DNA of 64,000 nucleotides from Octopus vulgaris (GCA_951406725.2 OX597824.1:84258001-84322000), one strand, 5' to 3'. Counted from the stretch's first letter, positions 28,880 through 42,893 are shown. Made by a program: numbers and translations. Notes: generated by a model from the sequence alone, not told the origin.

Positions 28880-29330
28880 ACTTTCTCGGTGTTGATTGCA
28901 TACCATTTGCATTTAGCGTTTATAGTTCATTAGTGAATCCCACATGTTCATATTGATCAATTTTGCACACTGCAAATTTAGACCATTTTGCATTATCGGC
29001 ACTGGTTGAAGGAGCTTCTCAGATTTATATTTCTACATATTTCTGACACAGTTCTCATAGCATCTACTTCAGTATTGTCATCAATAGCTAACCAGTGTTT
29101 AAGCTCTTCTTTTTGTTCATTGTCTGCCATTCTATCCAGTATTTTATTTATAATAAGCACTAATTCCTTCTTAACAGATCTTTCTGTGCTTGCATTTTGA
29201 AAAGGCTTCTCTGAGAATTCCTTGACATTGTTAACATATGTACTACATCACAAAAGGAATTCCATATTGCAATCTCACTGAGTTCAGTGAAAATTATTAT
29301 ACAAATTTCTCTTTGATAATCTTTTCTATT
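28880..29330 (-). pseudogene. Probable C-terminal part of the same pogo/Tigger transposase
   Basis: DVVHMLTMS.. and EELKHWLAIDDNTEV. Same strand as 30290-30550 and separated from it only by SINEs. Confidence 0.4.
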
Positions 29331-29765
29331 ATAGGTGCAGGAGTGGCTGTGTGGTAAGTAGCTTGTTTACCAACCACATGGTTTCGGGTTCAGTCCCACT
29401 GCGTGGCACCTTGGGCAGGTGTCTTCTACTATAGCCTCGGGCCGACCAAAGCCTTGTGAGTGGATTTGGTAGACGGAAACTGAAAGAAGCCCGTCGTATA
29501 TATGTATATATATATATATATATATGCGTGTGTGTGTGTTTGTGTGTCTGTGTTTGTACTCCTAGCATTGCTTGACAACCGATGCTGGTGTGTTTACGTC
29601 CCCGTTACTTAGCAGTTCGGCAAAAGAGACCGATAGAATAAGTACTGGGCTTACAAAAGAATAAGTCCCGGGGTTGAGTTGCTCGATTAAAGGCGGTGCT
29701 CCAGCATGGCCGCAGTCAAATGACTGAAACAAGTAAAAGAGTAAAAGAGAGAGTAAAAGAGTAAA
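29331..29765 (+). mobile_element. SINE family A copy
   Basis: Colinear with 354-752. Confidence 0.85.
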
Positions 29766-30289
29766 ATAGGCACAATGCCCGAAATATTGCTGTAGGGAGA
29801 GTGGGTTAGTTAAGCACCACCAGTGCTTAACTGGTACTTAAAAGGATGGAATGTAAAATCAGCCTCAGCAAAGCTTGAACTCAGAATGTAGAGACTGACA
29901 AAATGCAGCTAAGCATGTATATCATCATCATCATCATCGTTTAATGTCCATTTTCCATGCTAGCATGGGTTGGACAGTTCAGCTGGGGTCTGGGAAGCCA
30001 GGAGGTTGCACCAGGCTCCAGTCTGATCTGGCAATATTTCTACAGCTGGATGCCCTTCCTAATGCCAACCACTCCATCAGTGTCGTAGGTGCTTTTTACG
30101 TGCCACTGGCACAGGTGCCAGGGGAAGCTGGCAATGGCCACAATTGGTTGGTGCTCTTTACATGCCACCGGCATGGAAGCCAGTCATGGCAGCGCATGGA
30201 AGCCAGTCATGGCAGCGCTGGCATCAGCCACGTTCAGATGGTGGTTTTTATGTGCCACCAGCACGGGTATCACAACTACAATTTCCATT

Positions 30290-30550
30290 TGATTTTTATA
30301 CAAAAATAAAATCCTTATCTGTGTCGTAAATATTCACAGCATAAAATTCAGCAATAATTTTTGGCCATTCTGCTTTAATCTACATTCCAGTTGATAAAAA
30401 CATAATCAGCCTTTGTTTTCTTGCCACAAACACACTGGTACACAACATTCTCTGGCTTTTCCCACTGGTAGATCATCCAGAAGTTGGTGGGAAATTTTCT
30501 TCTGCTTTGCAATCCATATGACTTCCACTGACAATTTTTTTTTTATACAA
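30290..30550 (-). pseudogene. pogo/Tigger-like transposase remnant (CENP-B HTH to start of DDE)
   Basis: Frameshifted ..ENVVYQCVCGKKTKADY...EWPKIIAEFYAVNIYDTD resembles the Tigger W..II..Y...IYNADET region. Confidence 0.5.
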
Positions 30551-30839
30551 TTCCTAATAATATTTACTCCTTTACTCTTTTACTTGTTTCAGTCATTTGA
30601 CTGTGGCCATGCTGGAGCACCACATTTAGTCAAGCAAATCGATCCCAGGACTTATTCTTTGTTGTAAGCCTTGTACTTATTCTATCGGTCTCTTTTGCTG
30701 AACCGCTAAGTTACGGGGACGTAAACACACCAGCATCAGTTGTCAAGCGATGTTGGGCAAGGGGACAAACACAGACACACAAACATACGCATACACTCAC
30801 ATATATATATATGTGTGTGTGTATGTATATATATATATA

Positions 30840-31002
30840 TATAACATAAGGGGCATCAGCCATCTGAATGTGGCTAGGGACAGGGCGGGGTGGTAGGGGT
30901 GTTACTGATGCATTTAGCCCCAGGCGATCATCGACCAGTAACACCCCTACCACCCGCCCTGTCCCTAGCCACATTCAGATGGCTGATCCCCCTTATGTTA
31001 TA
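30840..31002. repeat. GC-rich ~67-bp inverted repeat with 28-nt loop
   Basis: Arms 30840-30907 and 30936-31002 are nearly perfect. Confidence 0.92.
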
Positions 31003-31878
31003 GAGCAGTTACTGTTTATATCTCGCTCAGAGATTTATTATTGTATATATATATATATATATATACATCATACACAATGACAGTTATTCACACATGTGTG
31101 TGTATGTATATATATGTGTGTGTGTATCCATATTTATAACATTTATATATAACCACAGAAATACATAACAAAACTGGATTTTTTCCTGTCAAGAGGTCCA
31201 GATGAACCTACCTCACAACAAGAAACGCAAATGAGAGCAACATCAAACTCCCTCATTCACCAAATACCACATACCAGAGGAGGTTCCAAATAGTGAAAGC
31301 ATAGCAAAGTCAATGGTGGTGCCCCAGCATGGCCACTGCTCTCAAGCCAAAACTAGTAAAGGATAGAGAAATAAAAAGCAACAATGTGTATGAAGTGGTA
31401 TGCATATGCCATCAAAATTTGATAAATGCATCAACATAACATACATTCCATATATTTGATATAGACTTGTATAATAAGTTACGGAGATGTACTTGCATAG
31501 CAAGTGACCTGATCTGAGATCGTGTGCTGGAACGAAAACAATTGCAGCATGGAAGGTGTTAATAAGCCATTTAAGAAACACACCAAATTCCGTGCTGCAT
31601 GGAATTTTGTCGGTGAACAGGTCGTGGTTTTAAAGCGACGAAAATATTTTGACAAATTAAATTTAGATGTTGAAGTGAATCTAACGGTTTTGTGTATAAT
31701 AAGATTATTTAATTATTTTATTGGAAATTCTTTGAAAGACTGGATCTAAAAATAATTAAATATGTGGATAGGTTTTGTATAAATTGCTTTTTATGTTTTA
31801 TTGAGGTTAAAACAAGAACAGTTTTATTTAATTGTTGAAAGTTTCTCCTACCATTGTTTATTAAATCTCTGATGAACA

Positions 31879-32279
31879 TCTTTATATATAAAAGTGAAGT
31901 TGTGTGTCTGTCTCCTACGATTTAGATTCCTAACTACTCCCACATTTTGCGGTGCAGTTTAACCAAAACCGGGTATCTTACAGTCATGATTCATATCGAG
32001 CCCTTCTGGGTATTAGCGCGCGTCTACGATGAGTCTACGATTTTAAAATAAATTTACCATCATTTTTTTCCATTTTAATGCATTTGTTTTCGCTATTATA
32101 TAAGGGAAGTAACTCTCTAAAAATGTCTACGATGAGTCAACGATTTTAGAAAAAATTTACCATAAATTTTTTTTCCATTTTTAATGCATTTTTTTGCTAT
32201 TTTTTGGCTATAACTCTCTAAAAATGCTTATATAGTTATTTCCCTTACAAACCCAAGCAACGCCGGGCGATACTGCTAG
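31879..32279 (+). mobile_element. Non-autonomous Helitron
   Basis: A|TCTTTATATATAAAAG...CCCAAGCAACGCCGGG hairpin...CTAG|T. AT target, no TSD. Confidence 0.88.
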
Positions 32280-32693
32280 TACATCATAAACAGTGACAGT
32301 GATTCACACATATCTTAAATGTTATTCATATTCGTGTCTTACATCAAAGAATATAACAAAAGAAAAGTTGCAGAGTTTACTGCCTACAGTTTAGTTACTT
32401 TCGTTCACATGTAATCCATTTTCCATGCTGGCATGGGTTGGATGGCTTGACCAAAGCTGACAAGACCAGGTGGTGCACCATGTTCCATAGTCTGTTTTGG
32501 CTTGGTCTCTACAGATGGATGCTTTTTCTAATACCAACCACTTTACAGAACGTACTAGCTTGGAAACAAGTAAGTGGTAGTGACAGAAAGGGCATCCGAT
32601 CATAGATAAATCTGCCTTGATAAACTCTCTTTGACCCATGCAGATATGGAAGAGTGGATGTTAAAACAATGATGATGATGATGATGATGATAC

Positions 32694-32738
<45 letters not shown>

Positions 32739-33138
32739 GGGCCTCATGGAGGCAAGGTGACTGGGTTCCTTTCGAGTATTGGGCCACATGGAGGCAATGA
32801 TCAAGACCTTTGGCATTATGTTGTGCTTGAGAAGACCCATCAAGCTGAGCAAAATTGCAGTCACGGTAGATACCAGTGTCACACAAATTGGCACCCGTGC
32901 CACTGGCATGGAAACACACCCTAATGTCATGCAAATGACACCTGTGCTGGTGGCATATAAAAACACCCATTACACTCTCGGAGTGGTTGGCATTAGGAAG
33001 GGCATCCAGCTATAGAAAACCATGCCAAATCAGACTGGAGCCTGATGCAGCCTTCCAGCTTACCAGCCCAGTCAAACTGTCCAACACATACCAGCATGGA
33101 CAATGGACGTTAAATGATGGTGATGATATATATAAAGA

Positions 33139-33612
33139 CAAGGTGGTGAGCTGGCAGAAATGTGAGCACGCTGAGCGAAATGGTTAGCGGTATTTTGTCT
33201 GTCATTACGTTCTGAGTTCAAATTCCACTGAGGTCAACTTTGGCTTTCATCCTTTTGGGGTTGATTAAATAAGTACCAGTTATGCACTGGGGTCGATATA
33301 GTCGACTTAATCCATTTGTCCGTCCTTGTTTGTCCTCTCTGTGTTTAGCCCCTTGTGGGTAGTAAAGAAATAGGTATTTAAGGTGGCGAGCTGGCAGAAA
33401 CGTTAGCATGCCGGGCGAAATACTTAGTGATATTTCATCTGCCGCTACGTTCTGAGTTCAAATTCCGCCAAGGTTGACTTAGCCTTTCATCCTTTCGGGG
33501 TCAATAAATTAAGTACCAGTTACACACTGGGGTCGATGTAATTGACTTAATCCATTTGTCTCTCCTTGTTTGTCCCCTCTATGTTTAGCCCCTTGTGGGC
33601 AATAAAGAAATA
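33139..33612 (+). mobile_element. SINE family D, tandem dimer
   Basis: aaggcggcgagctggcagaa head, ctgagttcaaattcc B-box-like, gcctttcatcctttcggggtcgataaataagtaccag body. Also at 36345-36763 and 45612-45850(-). Confidence 0.8.
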
Positions 33613-33919
33613 ATATATAAAGAGATGAATAAGAGAAAATATATATGTGTGTGTATTTGTGTGTGTGTATGTGTACTTATGCATATGTGTGTGTAGTTAT
33701 GCGTGAGTGTATGATGATGATTTGGGGGAATCAAGTGTTTAATGAACCGCATATAACTAAGATAACTTTTTAGTCCAAATGATAATTTGTTGCTTCCAGC
33801 ACATTGGCGTACACTTCTACAAGAACAAATACAATAACAGAATTTATCTTCGAAAATAACTGATGTGCCCCAGTGTCACGCAAATGGCACCTTTTGCTGG
33901 TGGCACAAAAGAGCACCCA

Positions 33920-34153
33920 TTACTCTTTACTCTTTTCTCTCTCTCTCTCTCTTTTACTTGTTTCAGTCATTTGACTGCGGCCATGCTGGAGCACCACCTT
34001 TAGTGGAGCAAATCGACCCCAAGACTTATACTTTGTAAGCCTAGTACTTATTCTATCGGTTGCTTTTGCCGAACCGCTAAGTAACACACCAGCATTGGTT
34101 GTCGAGTGATGTTTGGAGGACAAACACAGACACACAAACATATACACACACAC

Positions 34154-34195
<42 letters not shown>

Positions 34196-34380
34196 GTATA
34201 TTATATACACACACATATATGACGGGCTTCTTTCAGTTTCTGTCTACCAAATCCACTCACAAGGCTTTGGTCAGCCCAAGGCTATAGTAGAAGACACTTG
34301 CCCAAGGTGCCATGCAGTGGGACTGAACCCGGAACCATGTGGTTGGTAAGCAAGCTTCTTACCACACAGCTACTCTGCAC
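33920..34380 (-). mobile_element. SINE family A copy
   Basis: Reverse complement of family A. Confidence 0.85.
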
Positions 34381-35232
34381 CTTATTAGATTTTTTTTCTT
34401 TTTTTTTTTTTCATAATTCACAGTTTGGCAATTTTGTATTCACATAATTGCTTGTATCTTTCCCACTTCTGTGATTCGATGCCAGAGAACTCATTACCAA
34501 TATCATAATAATCATAGATATCTATTCATTCCATTTCTTTACTCCTTTCTATTTCTTTGTTTTTTGTTGTTTTTTTTTTTGTTTTTTGAATAGATCAGCT
34601 TATAATTTTAGGGGAAACAAATTTATTTTAGTCTTTATTTACGTTATTTACATTCGATGGATATTTGTCCTCATCTTGTTAGTTGCTAACACAACATTTC
34701 GGCTGATATACACTCCAACCTTCATATATGTGCACGTGTGTTTGTGTGTGTTGTGTGTATGTGTGTGTACTTATGCATGTGTGCATGTAGTTATATGCAC
34801 ATGTAAGTGTTTAATGATGATTTGGGGAATCAACTCAGTAACGAGCATGACCATCCCTACTTAATGAAGGCTGGAGGGTATATCAGCTGAAGCATTGTGT
34901 TAACAACAAACAAGATGAGGACAAATATCCATCAATTACTCTTTTACTTGTTTCAGTCATTTGACTGTGGCCATGCTGGAGCATCACCTTTAGTCAAGCA
35001 AATCAACCCCAGTTCTAGTACTTATTCTATTGGTCTCTTTTGCCGGACGTAAACACATCAGCAAGCAATGTCGGGGGGTGGGGGGGACAACAATTACTTC
35101 TACTGTTGTTATTCTTCATAGCCAAATAGGAAGTGTTCCATATGGCTGCAGAACTTGCTAAAAATAGCACCTAAATCTATTTCAAATGACACTCTGCCAT
35201 CTTAAAAAAAGAAGGGCCCATTGTACAGTACC

Positions 35233-35595
35233 TTATCATCGTCGTCATCGTCATCATCATTGTTGTCACTATCATCATCATCATTATCGTCGTCGTCGTC
35301 ATCATCGTCTTCATCATCATCATTGTTGTCGCTATCTTCATCATCGTTGTCATCATCACCATAGTCGTCATCATTGTTGTCACTATCATCATCATCATTG
35401 TTGTCGCTATCATCATCATCGTTGTCATCATCACTATCATTGTCGTCATCATTGCTGTCGCTATCATCATCGTTGTCATCGTCATCATTGTTGTTGCTAT
35501 CATCATCATCATTGTTGTCATCATCACCATCGTTGTCATCATCATTGCTGTCACTATCATCATTATCTTTGTCATCATTATTATAATCATCATTC
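35233..35595. repeat. (CAT/CGT/TGT)n trinucleotide-derived array
   Basis: Directly visible. Confidence 0.93.
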
Positions 35596-38370
35596 TATGT
35601 CAGCTGTCCATGATGCCATGCTTTAGACATGTTATCAGAGTTTGAGTCAGTTCTGTATAAAGTTACTATCCTCTTGGATGTCTTAGGTATGAATTCTCAT
35701 TTGTATGGTCCAGGAAGGTATGGCTGTGTGGTTAAGGTAGGGTTTCAGTTTCAGTTTCACTGCACAGCACCTTGGGTAAATGTCTTTTACTGTAACACCA
35801 GGCTGACCAGTGTCTTATGAGTGAATTTGGTAGACGGAAACTGAATGGAAACCCATCATTTCTGTGTGTGTGTGTGTGTGTGTCCCTTCACCTCCTGACA
35901 ATTGGTGTTGTTTTATTTGCATCCCTGTGACTTAGTGGTTCAGCAAATGAGAACAATAGAGTAAAGCACCAGACTTAAATATAAGCACTGAGGTTGATTT
36001 GTCCAACTTAAACAGTTCTTGGCAGTGCCCTAGGATTGCAGCAGTTTAATGCTTTAGCATTCAGTTGGATCATATCTGGCCAAAATATTCTACCTTTTCT
36101 ATGTTCAAGCCGGTCAGATCTGGCCTTTCACTATCATTCTAAAATTAACAGTCACCTATTACAAACTCACAAAATTACAAGATAATGTGTGATTAATCTG
36201 AAACAATCATCATCATCATCACCATTTAATGTCTACTTTCCATACTGGCATGGGTTGGACGGTTTGACCGAAAACTGGTGAGCTGAGGAGTTACACTAGG
36301 TCCCAGTCTGGTCTGGTCTGGTAGGGTTTCTACAGCTGTATGGATTAAGGCAGTGAGCTGGCAGAAACGTTAGGGCACTAGGAAAAATGCTTAGCGGTAT
36401 TTCGTCTGCCGTTACGTTCTGAGTTCAAATTCCGCCGAGGTCGACTTTGCCTTTCATCCTTTCGGGGTCAATTAAATAAGTACCAGTTATGCACTGGAGT
36501 CGATGTAATCGACTTAATCTGTTTGTCTGTCCTTGTTTGTCCACTCTGTGTTTAGCCCTTTGTGGGTAGTAAAGAAATAGGTATTTCGTCTGCCGTTGTC
36601 TTCTGAGTTCAAATTCCACTGAGGTCGACTTTGCATTTCATCCTTTTGGGGTCGATAAATTAAGTACTAGTTACGCCCTGGGGTCGACGTAATCGACTTA
36701 ATCTGGTTGTCTGTCCTTGTTTGTCCCCTCCGTGTTTAGCCCCTTGTGGGTAGTAAAGAAATAGCTATGGTTTCTATAGCTGGATGTCCTTCCTAACACC
36801 AACAACACCAAGGGTGTAGTGTGTGCTTTTTACACGCCACTGACATGACACCAGCATTAGCCACATGCTCAAACAGTGCTTTTCACGTGCCAGTCAACTG
36901 GCTTCGGCATTAGCCCTGACTACAATCTCACTTGGCTTGGCAGGTCCTCTCAAACACAGCATATCACCAAAGGTCTCAGTCACTTGTCATTGCCTCCATG
37001 AGGCCCAACATTTGAAGATCATGCTTTGTGAATAAATAAGCATTTTTTTTTTTGCGCCCTTTTAAATTCTAACCAGGCTCATGGGCCCAGTTTCTTGGTT
37101 TCAATGGCGTATGTGGTTCCCAGCTGGACGGGACGCCAGTCTATTGCAGCGGTACTCATTTTTGCCAGCTGAGTGGACTGGAGCAACGTGAAATGAAGTG
37201 TTTTGCTCAAGAATACAACGCGTCGCCTGGTCCAGGAATCGAAACCACAATCTTAACAATCATGATGCTGACACCCTAACCACTAAGCCACATGCCTCCA
37301 CAAATAAGCATTGCTTTGACAAAATAATATGAATGCTACAAGGTTAATGCCTGAAACAAGTTAAAGAACAGAAAAGTAAAAATTTGATATAATTGACAAA
37401 AATTTGGATTCTCAATTTATTTAACTGAAAGCAAAATGTATTTTCAATTTGTTTATCGGAAATATTAATAGAAGAAAAAAAAAGAAAGGCAGTCTCTTTT
37501 CTTTATATTATTAGTTATTTTACAAATGGAGGGTAAATTCAGAAGGCTTTTTAACTTCCTAACTAACTCCATTTACTTCTATTCTGAAGAATTAACACCA
37601 AAATGATGTCACCATTATTGAAAGAGTCTTTTTACACAATCTTAGCTTATTTGTTAATTAAAAAAAAAAATAAATAAATAAAAAGAATAAAAATTGAAGA
37701 AAGCAAGAAAATGGAAATTCCACACATAGAAGAACTGTTCTTTGAAATGATGTCAAAAATTTTACAAACTGGTTTTTCCTGTCAACTCATTTTTCAGATT
37801 TTGTTATTTATTTTTGTTTGTTTTTTTGGGGTTTTTTTTTATTTTCATAGAATCAGAATGAATAATAGGTATCATTGTTTATTCATTTTGAGGCATTTAA
37901 GTGCACCGGATGCATTCCTATCTCCTCCCCTTCCGCCTCCCCTCCTCCTCCTCCTCTCATGATCAACCCTAATGTCTCTCCTCCTATTTCCCCTTAAACC
38001 AAGAGCAACAAAACACCTTTTTCCCCCCTCCAAAGAAAACCTTTTATCCTCAGAATTGCAACCTTCTAGAACTTGAACTTGTTTCTCTCTTCACTACACA
38101 CACCAACACGTATGATTTGCAAATGAACTTCAGTGTCACCAATCTGTTTGTGTGTGTGTGTGTGTATGTATGCACATGCGCATATGCATGTGAAACAGGT
38201 GTGGCTGTGTGGGTAAGAAGTTTACTGACCTATCCTGTGGTCTTGGGTTCAGTTCCACAGTAGCTCCAGACTAACCAAAACCTTGTTGGTGAATTTGGTA
38301 AATGAAAACCAAAAGAAGTCCATTGTATGTATTTTGTCCAGCATGCTAACGATTCTGCCAGCTTGCTGCC

Positions 38371-38415
<45 letters not shown>

Positions 38416-39150
38416 TGTGTGTGTGTGTGTGTGTGTATTTGTGTGTCGGGGTGCTGAAGAATGACCTCTGGATGCTGAACCTTTCAGGTGAGATGACAAA
38501 GGACCAAGATACCTGGCACCTTGCTGTACACAAGAAGACCTCTACTCTGCAGCAGAAGTGTTAAAACTGGTCCCTCCGATGGTGAGGATTGGACCTCCAC
38601 GTGTTCTGTACTGGTGCCATGTAAAAAGCAGTCACATGGTGTCACATAAAAGCACCCAGCACACTCTGTAAAAATGGTTGGCATTAGGAAGGACATCTAG
38701 CCATAGAAACCATGCCAAATCAGACTGGAGTCTGGTGCAGCCCCTCAGCTTCCCAGCTCTGGTCAAACCATCCAACTCATGCCAGTATAGAGCATGGACA
38801 TAAAATGATGATGATGATAATGATGGTGATGATATATGTGTGTGTGTGTGTGTGTGTATGTTTGTATGTACCTTTGTATCAAAGTTAAGTAACTGTTAGA
38901 TTTGTCTAGGAATAGTACACTAAACTCTCAAACGTCTTTTGTATATATATCTTTATGTTTTATAATTCTGTAATAGCTATTGATCTAACTCCTCTAACAA
39001 CAGTTTTTTTTCATTCTGAGACATGATTTATTGTTTCTTATTTGAAGAACAGACATCTTGACATTTGGCACTGAATAATCTGTAAAATAGAGGAGATTGA
39101 CAGACAACCACAAAACTGTTTCAACTTGACCTTTTTGAAATTATTGTTGC

Positions 39151-39190
<40 letters not shown>

Positions 39191-39241
39191 ATCATCATCA
39201 TTATTATCATTATCATCATCATTATTATTATTATTATTATT

Positions 39242-39333
<92 letters not shown>

Positions 39334-39531
39334 GGCAGCAAGCTGGCAGAATCGTTAGCACACTGGACGAAATGCTTAGTGGTATTTTGCACGACGCTAC
39401 ATTCTGAGTTCAAATTCCACTGAGATCAACTTTGCTTTTCATCCTTTCGGGGTCGATAAAATAAGTAACAGTTGAACACTGGGGTCGATGTAATCGATTC
39501 ACCCCCACCCCAAGCTGCCCTTGTGGCAAAA

Positions 39532-39581
<50 letters not shown>

Positions 39582-40275
39582 CATTATTATTATTATTATT
39601 TCTGGCATAGGCACGATGCTTGAAATTTACGGGAGAAGGGTAGTGGATTATATTAATCCCAATACTTGACTAGTACTTTTAATTCAGTGCCTTGAGAAGA
39701 TGAAAAGTAAAGATTACACCAGTGTGGTTTGAACACGGAATGCTCGAATCCATACCCCCTGCCACCGTGGTTGATAAAATAAAGTTAGAGACAACCCCTC
39801 CATCGAAATTGCTAGCCTTTTCCTGAATTACAAACAACTGTTGTCTTTCTTGTTGTTCAATAGATTGGTAGAATCGGTAGAGCATCAGCCTAAATGCCTT
39901 GCTCCAGAGCTCTACTTTAATTTAAATCTCTCTGAGATCAACTTTGCCTTTCATCTTTTTACTTACTTAATCCCATTACTCCCTATGGAGCAGGTTTACT
40001 CAACTAATTTTTACCTGTGGACCTACCTGATTCCTATTTCACTCAGGTGGGTCCTTCTGGTCGTTTGATATTTTTTTTAAATCATTGCAAAAAAATTTTT
40101 TTTTTAATATTTTGTGAATTGTAGAAGCATAACCAAGGCCCACGCCTTATCTGTGTGTAAGAAGAAGCTTGCTTCCCAACTACATAGTTCCAGGTTCAGT
40201 CCCACTGTGTGGAACCTTGGGTAAATGTCTTCTACTATAGCCTCAAGCTGACCAAAGTCTTGTGAAAGAAGCCTG

Positions 40276-40310
<35 letters not shown>

Positions 40311-40339
40311 CTAAACCTCGCTAAGATAAATATTTCAAT

Positions 40340-40408
40340 TACCTGAAGATTGACTATAACCATAACTCAAATTATTACGAATTGGACAGCCATGAAACGA
40401 TCGTAGTG
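40340..40408 (+). ncRNA. Degenerate hammerhead motif in a pLTR-like element (~40309-40548)
   Basis: TAC-CTGAAGA-(eroded stem II)-GAAA-CGATCG-TA-GTG. Palindromic stem III; element lies between (TA)n tracts. Confidence 0.55.
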
Positions 40409-40543
40409 TTTTACTCATTATCTTTTATTAAACTTTTAATACTTTTGATATATATTTAAAATAATATAAATTAATTAATTTTATGTATTGGCTTAAGTTT
40501 TTCATTGTTTGATTTGCCTAATAGTGGTTTTATCTCTAATTTA

Positions 40544-40597
<54 letters not shown>

Positions 40598-41390
40598 CTA
40601 GCAGCTAAGCCTGGTTTCACCCAGTCTGTTTGGATGATATGGCTGTGATTGTTTTTGGTTAGGCATAATCTATAACAGCGTTTCTCAACCTTATCATTTT
40701 GGGTTCCCTGTTTTGATTGGAGCCTCCATCTCTATGAAACCTTCCTGATTCCCACCCCACCCTTGTTAGAAAACAGCTTCAGAAGTTGTGAAGAATGAAT
40801 TTATACATAGTCTGTTTTTGAGAGCTCTTCTATTGGACCTCTGTATAATCATTAAAACATTGATTTAATTATGAAAATAGAAAGAAATTATACATTAATC
40901 CTTATTTTTGTAAGCAGTTGTAGCCGTAAAAAATTTTATTTGCTGAGAGCAGAAATTGAAAGAAGATATATGAAATGGACGTGTGTGTGTGTGTGTATCT
41001 GTGTGTATGTGTGCATGTGTGTGTGTGTACTTGCGTGTGTGTATGTGAGAAAGAAAAAGGGTGAGAAAGAGAGATAGAGTGAGTGAGTGAGTGAAGGTGT
41101 GTGTTGTGATGATTGATGTATTTGTACGTAGTCTGCTTCTGAGAGCTATTCGATTGGACCTTAATCATTAAAACATTGATTTAATTATGAACATAGAAAG
41201 AAATTATACATTAATCCCTATTTTTGTAAGCAGTTATATCCGTAAAAAATTTTATTTGCAGAGAACAGAAATTGAAAGAAGATATATGAAATGGATGTGT
41301 GTATGTGTGTGTGTATGTGAGAGAGAAAGAAGGTGAGAAAGAGAGATAGAGTGAGTGAGTAAAGGTGTGTTGTGATGATTGACGTCTTTT
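40598..41390 (-). mobile_element. Probable minus-strand non-autonomous Helitron with internal tandem duplication (5' boundary uncertain)
   Basis: Reverse complement reads ctgggtgaaaccagg hairpin + cttagctgCTAG|T. Duplicated blocks at ~40818-41125 and ~41140-41385. Confidence 0.55.
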
Positions 41391-42042
41391 AAGGTACATA
41401 CACATACATAGAAAATGTGAGGTCATCGTATTAAATGTTTACAATAGTTGATTTATGGAAAAGATTATGATAAATTTTTGAAATGCAAATATGTGAATGA
41501 AAATTAAGTTCAGACCTCTACATGGTAGCTAGACCTGGTAGAAAAGCAGCCAAATCTCCCTCAAAGCACCCTACTGTCTTAATCCGCTAATTCTGCCTAT
41601 TATGTGGTTTGAATGAGAAACTTTAACTAAGGATTAAGATTATTAATCCCACAAAGAGATGAATGAAAAGAGACAGCATAGCAAAAGTTTTGGCTGACTG
41701 TCGTTCTGTGCTAGCGAAATGGTATATGCCGGCTGTGTGAACAACTGGTTGTTTTAATGGCAGAACAAACAGGGGAATTCCATTAGAAAAAGTTTTAATC
41801 AATTTTCTCAGTAACTATGGGAGCTAGGAAAAAAATACAAATCGCATTACAGTCTATGCACCTGTCTCCATATGTGTCCCATTTTTCACGCAAATCCACC
41901 CTGTCGTTTGGCTGTGAACCTCAAGACAAGAAAGAATATAACGATCCCCCATGTCCAATTTATATTATATATATATATATATAGCCAGGAACTTTTCAGC
42001 ACCCCCTTGTATATACCCCCAAAATACTTTCCCTTTTGTTAA

Positions 42043-42279
<237 letters not shown>

Positions 42280-42857
42280 TAAGTCTCCTACCGGAATGAT
42301 TTCACAATATTACTTGTTATTTGTGTTGTTGTTGTTAACGAGACGTAGTATGATTGCATACATGTAATATAATGAACCAATCAATTCTTCAATGGATTTG
42401 TGATGGCAGGATTGACAAGGGAATGTCTGCAACACAATGCAAAACAAATATATTTTCCTCTCTTTCAGACTTCTTGCCAATGTTTATATCAATGCTGATA
42501 TGAATTAGCAAAATCAGGCACACACATGCACACACAGACATACACACACACACACGCATATATATGCATAGATACAGACGTGGGCATGTGTTTTTGCAGT
42601 CGTGTGGCCTAGTGGTTAGGCTGTTGTACTCACGATCACTAGATTATAAGTTCAATTCCCGGACCAGGCAGCACGTTGTGTTCTCAAGCAAAACACTGCA
42701 TTTCATGTTGTTCCAGTCCACCACCCCCCTCTGTTGATTAGTGGGGAATACTGGCCTGCTCACCTGGCATCATTTGAAGGTTCAAACAATGCCAAGCACA
42801 TTGTGACCAGCGATGTGTAACAACATCTGATAGTCTAGTCAGTCACATGATCATGTG

Positions 42858-42893
<36 letters not shown>

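Noticed and set aside
35186-35626. His/Cys-rich metallothionein-like ORF
   Set aside because: Derived from a (CAT)n array, with parallel poly-Ser and poly-Met frames.
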